From positions 3,036,452 to 3,099,330 of the forward strand of contig NC_069005.1 in the NCBI RefSeq assembly GCF_001194135.2: 62,879 nt of DNA, in the 5' to 3' direction. Both the position numbers and the translations under genes were made by a program. This stretch comes from Octopus bimaculoides (Eukaryota). Below are positions 56,230-62,879 of this stretch, piece after piece (the stretch's first letter is position 1; each line of letters begins with the position of its first letter). The notes beneath the pieces are model-generated. The model was not told the DNA's origin, made no database searches, and saw only the letters and a program-made list of their open reading frames with translations.

Positions 56230-56310
56230 GTAATGAACGCAATCAATTCGATTATAGACCCTGAAGGGTTGAAGATAACGTTGTCACAGGCAACATTTGA
56301 ACTCAAAGTT
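56230..56310 (-). mobile_element. SINE family 1, degenerate fragment
   Basis: tatagaccctgaagggttgaag...atttgaactcaaag. Confidence 0.45.
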
Positions 56311-56809
56311 TAAAAAGAACGTGCCGACAGCAAAAAGAATTGCATGAAATAAACAGACTTAAAGAAGGACGCGGAGGAGGTGAAGAACATAATGATGATG
56401 ATGATGATGATAAAGATGATTTGGAGGAGGAGGAATAATAAGGTGGAGGAGGAGGAATAATAACGTGGAGGAGGAGAGTGAAGAAAGGTAAGATGAAAGA
56501 AAGAAAAACACGCGTATATCCGTGCGATACGCTATAGATATTTCATTCTACAATAAATTCAAACGTCAAGCTCCACGTTGGCTGTGATGTGTATCAGTAA
56601 ATGATATGGAATATAAGAAACAAGCCATATAATAACTCTGATGATTGATGCGTTCTTTTTCATATGAATATATATTAGATTAATAATGGAAAAAGAATTT
56701 TAAAAAAGAAGAAAATATAGAAAATAATAAAACAGAATGCAATTTGAAAAATTAGAAAAATATTTGTATTACTTATCTTTAGAAATATTTCCACAAATAA
56801 TATAATTCA

Positions 56810-56840
56810 ACTTACCTGAAATAAAAGAGAGAAAATGTAA
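56810..56840 (-). promoter_or_regulatory. Candidate recursive splice site (acceptor directly followed by donor)
   Basis: Minus strand attttctctcttttatttCAG|GTAAGT: 17 of 18 pyrimidines, then CAG, then a perfect donor. Confidence 0.4.
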
Positions 56841-57414
56841 TAATTTTATTGACGTTATTATTAAAACAAGATTAGAATAGATAGCATTGTAATTAATATT
56901 GTTATCAAAAATAGATTAGAATTTCAACATACGAAAGGTATTATTCTAAAAAGGGTTTGGTGTAAAATGTAAAGTAAGGTTTAGCATTTGTTGAAAGTGA
57001 AAAATTTTAAGATATATAGAGTTATCTGCCACTTTTTAGGTGACATGCTCCTATGTCTACACACACACAGGTACACGCATACGTGCCTACAGCCACAAAC
57101 ACTCGGGGTATATACGAAAGAGAGACATTGTTGGATAAAACTTATGACATATTCTATGAATTATATTTATAAGAAACTTCATAAACTGTAAAAATAATTC
57201 GAAAGCTATAAATGAATACAGTATATATATAAAATTCATCAATTCGTATAATTCATCAAAGGGAGAGTCAACAGACGATTCCTTAGGCGCTCAATATAGA
57301 AAATACTCACTAACGTTAAAAGGATTTGAGCCCTCACACCATATCTTCTCCTGTTTCATTTTCTGTTGCTTCATGCTTTGTGTAAGTTTCTTCTGTTAAT
57401 ATATTAATGTCTTT

Positions 57415-57650
57415 TGGGTGGCGAGTTGGCAGAATCATTAGCACGCTGGGCGAAATGCTTAGTAGTATTTCGTCTGCCGTTAATTTCTGAGTTCAAATTC
57501 CGCCGAGGGCGACATTGCAGTTCATGATGTTGGGCTCGATTAAATAAGAACCAGTTACGCAATAGGGTCGATGTAATCGACCTAATCCCTTTGTCTGTCC
57601 ATGTTTGTCCACCCTGTGTTTAGCCCCCTCTGGGCATTAAAGAAACAAAT
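57415..57650 (+). mobile_element. SINE family 1, near full-length copy
   Basis: ggtggcgagttggcagaatcattagcacgctgggcgaaatgcttag...gagttcaaattccgccgagg...gggtcgatgtaatcgacctaatccctttgtc; same subfamily tail as 4258-4483. Confidence 0.9.
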
Positions 57651-57954
57651 ATATATTTGAATAGCCATTGTCTCAAAATATTCGGTCTTTGATTTCTCTC
57701 TATTTACATGTATCCACTTATGTATATTTTGTATATATAGCCCAAGTAGTTTTATGTTTATTTGCATCATTATATTTCTTTCTCTCTCTCTATCTTTCCC
57801 TCTTTATCCCCTCTCTCTTCCCCTTTCCCCCTCCTCACGTTCACTCTCTATGTATATATATATATATATATATATATACACTCATACATACACAGAATTA
57901 TGTCAGTAGTTTTGCGTGTTTTACAGATTTGTAAAATCATCGGTGCAATGCTAT

Positions 57955-58840
57955 TGGAAGTCAAATGCTCCTGATTATGTTAGCCTTAATTTTATCGCTT
58001 ATTTGTGGTGGACACTGCCTAAATTTCAACCAAATATTAGGCCTTTCTATTCCATATTTGCAAAGCACATTTAGCTTCTAAGATTAATCAGCATTCATTT
58101 GAGGTCGCATATTAGCATTATGTATTAACGATAATTCACAAGCCTATCTCCATATTTTCACCTACTTTTTTTTCTTTATGCACCATCAGTATTCAGACGG
58201 GGATGTAGAATTTCATATTTTTAGGTGCTTAAATGAATGATTATATTGATTGTATCATTTCTTAAATAAATTCTGGTTTAATATTATGTAGGTTCTTTCG
58301 TTGCTCTCAGCCAAAGATGCCTCAGTTTGCTACATGCTTCCCTTCGTTATAAAACTGCTATGGTGAAAACAGGAAATTACAAAGTTGCAGATGCACTGAA
58401 GTGGGATATTCCTCTTGTTATTATTTCCATTATTTTCTCTATTACTGATAGCTATATAGGTAGAAATGTTTTCAATATTGCTATAACGAACATTTGCATT
58501 GCTCTAGTTTATTGCATTCGTATTTTTGCGGAAACATCTGTATGTCTATGGTACACGTTTTCTAGCTCCATTTGTGATTACATTTATTCTAACGAAATGG
58601 TGTATGTTATTTTATGGTCATTTTTCTACACTGTCTCAATGTTTCTCCGAATATGCTCTCATTTAGTGTATTGTTATTGTAGTATTCAATGTGATTGGCA
58701 GATTCTTCGGCAGAGAATATATTGGAAATGTGACTGGTATTGTTATTAAACAAGTTTTATATGACTACAGTTGTATTTGGAACGACTTTTGATACGTTAT
58801 TATTGCGTCTTTGGCTTCTTCTATATCGTTGGAATTTGTC
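57955..58840 (+). pseudogene. Putative frameshifted MFS transporter remnant (SLC16/MCT- or OFA-like)
   Basis: A 140-codon hydrophobic ORF plus neighbouring frames give CYMLPFV / IISIIFSITDSYIGRNVF / SSICDY..MVYVILWSFF / RFFGREYIGNVTGIV / LYD...F*YV, colinear with MFS TM7-TM12 motifs. Alignment by eye only. Confidence 0.35.
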
Positions 58841-60378
58841 AGGATTCAAATCTATTGTGAGGCTTCAGAACTTCATTATGCCTGTCTTAAAAGTATTTAT
58901 GAATTCAACTTTTCAGTTGAGAAAATATGCTATTCTATACATTTTTATAATTAAAACACTTATAGCGACAACATAACAACATAATTCCAAAATGTCTTTA
59001 TATATGAAATATTCAATCTCAGGTATTATTTACAAAACGGTCGCCTGACACGAGAACGACAGTTATCTCACAGTTTGGTATTTATAATATGCTCAGGAAA
59101 ACATTTCTTTACGCGGCATAGAAAATAACAAATCAAATGTATATGGAATTTAGAAAAACAGGTATAAACTAGTTTACAACAAACCCCATATAATTTTGTA
59201 TAAGGAAAATAACAATAGAAGTTTGATAATATACTCTAATATCGTGCCTATACGAAAGAATTATACTGATTTAGCTATTGAATCGAAAATATGGCATGTA
59301 AGATTTGTGACTATCATTCTATTTGAAAATGGTACAAGGAGAACGCATCAACAGGTTACCTATATGTATTGGCATCGTTACGTTCCAGAAAAGGACAATC
59401 AAAGGTTATGAGCAAGTTGTTAATATTTTCAGCTCGATATTTGTTAACGTTGAATATATTTTTGCATGTCTTGTAATATGTGTAACGAATACGTTGAGCA
59501 GAAAGGAACGAAACTTTTCAGAAATATTCTAATCGCACATGAAAATGAGAATAGAATGTAATGCTCAGAATACAGATAGGAAAAAAAAATGAAGAATGTT
59601 CTAAGACAGAATATACGAGAAAGACCACAAAACAAAAATAAGAAAATTTTCCTTTAGTATATAATAGCAGAATTAAGATGAAAGAAGATTTACGATGAAA
59701 AAATATTTGGATGTTGCAGGAACGTAAGAAACACGAACAATAGACATAATTTTTCAAACTTTGAAACTTATGTCTCAAAGTAGAATATGGAAGAAACCGA
59801 ACATACATGTAGAGAAGAGAAATAAGTAATTGTTATAAAACTTACATAGAAATGATACTCTAAAATGTCATCTCAAACTTCAGTATATTTTACAGTCAGC
59901 ATTAGTTTTGTCATATGTCTATATACATTAAAAATATGTCGGGTAATACTTTTAGAATATTTCTTGGCAATTTCTTGCAGGACTGAAAATCGTTCACTTG
60001 AATCTTTCACCACAGATTTTCCACAACTCATCACTTGTTTTCACCTTATCGCTTCAAACGCTCTCATATCTTCATAAATCTCATATTCAAATAACGTTGC
60101 ACTCACTCATATAAACTCCACAAATAATGCTGCCCAAATTATTCAATCTTGATTAAATAAAGGTGATGTATGGCTCAAAATTTAGGACCTACTAAATCCA
60201 ATGTGCCCTATTTTACGCACAATATCCGGGCAGTTCTAATACAACTAGGCATCAACAACAAAATCTCGCCATAGACGGAGAAAAATACTAAGAGTTACAT
60301 ATGACATATATTCAACACATACAGACGACATAGTAACAAAAGGAATACCACGGGAATTATAGATAAGGTAATAGTTGG

Positions 60379-60616
60379 CGGTACTAAGTCTTTTCATCCG
60401 ACTTCACTTCGTCAGACGTCAATATCAATAACATTGTATCAATGAATCTCAATGAGCATTTGATTCTGATGTTCATATTGATTTCTAAAGAGTTTATTTA
60501 AAATTGGACAAAATGTCGTCGGACAAAAAGATCATAGGACAAAAACACGTTGGATGAAAAGACGCGGACGAAATGGCGTTGGACAAAGCGACATCGGACG
60601 AAAAGTCGGGTCACGA
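60379..60616. mobile_element. Foldback/MULE-like MITE with modular TIRs
   Basis: Roughly 20-bp ggac(g/a)aaa.g.c units occur on the minus strand at 60385-60420 and on the plus strand at 60505-60616; termini cggtactaagtcttttcatccg and cggacgaaaagtcgggtcacg are imperfect inverted repeats. Confidence 0.6.
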
Positions 60617-62239
60617 TAATTTGCAACATACCTGAGCCATAGAGGGAGCTATAATAAATTTCATTAGCATAATATTCGAACTAGCATGAATTGTCTCAGA
60701 CAGCAGCGTGAACTCTGATTCGGTAAGATAAACTACAAAAACGCAAGTAAACGGAAGTAATCACTGCAATGGACTTCATAGCATGTGTACATTGTAAACA
60801 CACAAGATATATACGCTTATCGAAACACAAATACGTAACTTGAAACATCATGCCTCTTAGTATTTGAAGAACAGTGTATGCTGCGGAGGCAAGAGTCAGA
60901 TCCTATTGTCATGGTATTCACAGACAACACCTAACATAATCGTTCAGAAACCTATACAGTTCTTAGTTAAGAGTTATTGTATAACAGCATTGTAGAGATA
61001 ATATCTCATTAATGTCTGTGTCCAGCCCGCAGCTACTTTATGTCTGTGTGTCCTTGTTTGTCCTCTCTTTGTAAGGCCTAAATGGCCAATCGAAATGAAA
61101 TGTAGAGATAATATATCTGCAGATTACACAGATACACACAAGATGTACAAACATACAAACATAGTACCATCTGTAATGTCAATAGGGGCAAGTACAAAAT
61201 GATATATTAGTAAAAATATTTATGTCCACGCCTCTATGTAGAGTTACATGAAATAATAAAATGTCTTGGAAAAATGCCTAAGAGTACAAGGCCATTATAT
61301 TACTAAGAGCTAAAAACAATGGGTAATTAGATATTTCGGATGGTAGACCTTCTTCAAAGTCTTTAAATAAAAGAAGAGCGAAAGTGTTAAATGGTAAATG
61401 TGTGTATGCATGCACGTATACGTACATATTATTCATAATTATGTATACACTGAAAAACAAAACATTACTGATGTTTTGGTTAAATATTGCTTTTAAATTC
61501 ATTTAAATTAATTAATTCTAATTTTCTATCATAATTATGCAATTATACATTCGCTGGTGTTTATCTTAATGAAAGAACGCAATTAAAATATGAAGCATAT
61601 GCGTAATTTATGCTTTTTCAGCTTTTTTACTAAATATGTATGCGCATCACATTTATACATTTATGTATATGTGTGTGTGTGTCTGTACGTGTTTGTGCCT
61701 GTCTGTATGTATTTATTTATGTATGTATATACATATAACTGTGTATATGTGTGTATATCTGTGTATATGTCTGTATGTATACGATAAGAAGGTGTATTCG
61801 TTTAAGCACTTATTTTATATCCTAGAGTTGTCCAGATGAAATACTAAAGGACAAACAGACGGACAAACAGACAAATGAAAATTAATGGAAGGATGGTTAG
61901 AAAACGAAGAGACGGAAGGGTGGTGTAGTGCATAGAGATGGAGTAAGAGTCAGTTTGTTCCACGGCCAAACATATGTGGCAGACATTTCTCTCGGGTTTC
62001 AAACCATCTTAGGAAATAAAAAAAACAAAACAAAACCAAAAAATACAGAAAGAAAGATAGAAAAATAAAACAAACAATACTACTAAACACAAGAAAAGAA
62101 GGCAGACAGCTGGTGCGTTTCTGAAAGAGATTACAAAACATCGAATTCCTTTCACAAACGAAATGGAAGCTGGTTGTAAGATGGAGTTGGCCTTGATATA
62201 GTGATTGGCGTATTAGTTACTGTTGCTGTTTCGTTCGTT

Positions 62240-62602
62240 GTAGTTGTTGTTGGTGCTGTTGTTCGTTGCAATGGTGGTGGTGGTGGTGGTGTTGTTGTTG
62301 TTGTTGGTGGTGGTGGTGTTGTTGTTGTTGGTGGTGGTGGAGAAGTGGCGGGGGGAAGCGGTTGTATTAGCTGATGGTCTTGTGTCTGTGGTTGATGTTA
62401 ATGTTCTGGATGCTAGAGAAGGAATAGTGTTTTTGTTGATTTTTGTGTTCTTTTTGTTGTTCGATGCTTGTGATGTTGGTGTTGGTGTTGGTGGTAGTTG
62501 AAGTGGTTTTCGTGGTGTAGTTGCTGGTTATTGCTGTTAGATTTTTTGATGTTTGCAGCACTTGCTTTTGGTCTTTGTGGGTACAAGAAGTAGTAGTATT
62601 AA

Positions 62603-62656
<54 letters not shown>

Positions 62657-62821
62657 CAACAGCAGCAGTGGATATAGGAAAACTAATGTTATTGTAGACT
62701 TGCAGTTCTTCATATTGATGGCGGTGGTTCGCATGGATACAGGAACAGAGTTGTAGAGAGACACATTCTAAGTAACACGACGGTAAAAAAATAAGTCGAA
62801 TATGTAGATAGACAGAGCGAG

Positions 62822-62878
<57 letters not shown>

Positions 62879-62879
62879 T
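62240..62879. repeat. (GTT/GGT)n, (TAG)n, (GATA)n and (GA)n repeats
   Basis: Successive simple repeats to the window end. Confidence 0.85.

Noticed and set aside
60385-60425. CUGACGA...GAAA on the minus strand, suggesting a third hammerhead
   Set aside because: No stem II or cleavage triplet; explained by the MITE's 20-bp TIR units.
60505-60616. Regular spacing reminiscent of a CRISPR array
   Set aside because: Period is about 20 bp with no unique spacers and no cas genes; eukaryotic context.

Overview
This is AT-rich eukaryotic genomic DNA, intronic or intergenic, from a gappy draft assembly with many N-runs, almost all bordered by (TA)n. The SINE families and microsatellite density look like an octopus genome; that assignment is recalled from family consensus sequences, not from a search. 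There is no prokaryotic system, CRISPR array or intact long ORF, and nearly all ORFs in the track are translations of microsatellites or N-gaps. Supported content: (1) decayed DNA transposons (two mariner remnants, one with D34D spacing; a maT-type D37D element; Tigger-like and foldback-like MITEs); (2) non-LTR retrotransposon remnants (RTE 3' end, an RT fragment, and two restriction-like-endonuclease elements of HERO and R4/Dong type); (3) many copies of three tRNA-like SINE families; (4) two copies of a Penelope-type terminal repeat; (5) dense simple repeats. I could not recognise a host-gene exon with confidence. The most interesting signals are: minimal type I hammerhead ribozyme folds in both Penelope-type repeats (minus strand, with covarying stems), a strong candidate recursive splice site (polypyrimidine-CAG|GTAAGT) on the minus strand, closely spaced inverted SINE pairs that could form dsRNA for A-to-I editing, and a frameshifted MFS/SLC16-like transporter remnant. 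The ribozyme class is already known from Penelope-like elements, so it is not a new system.
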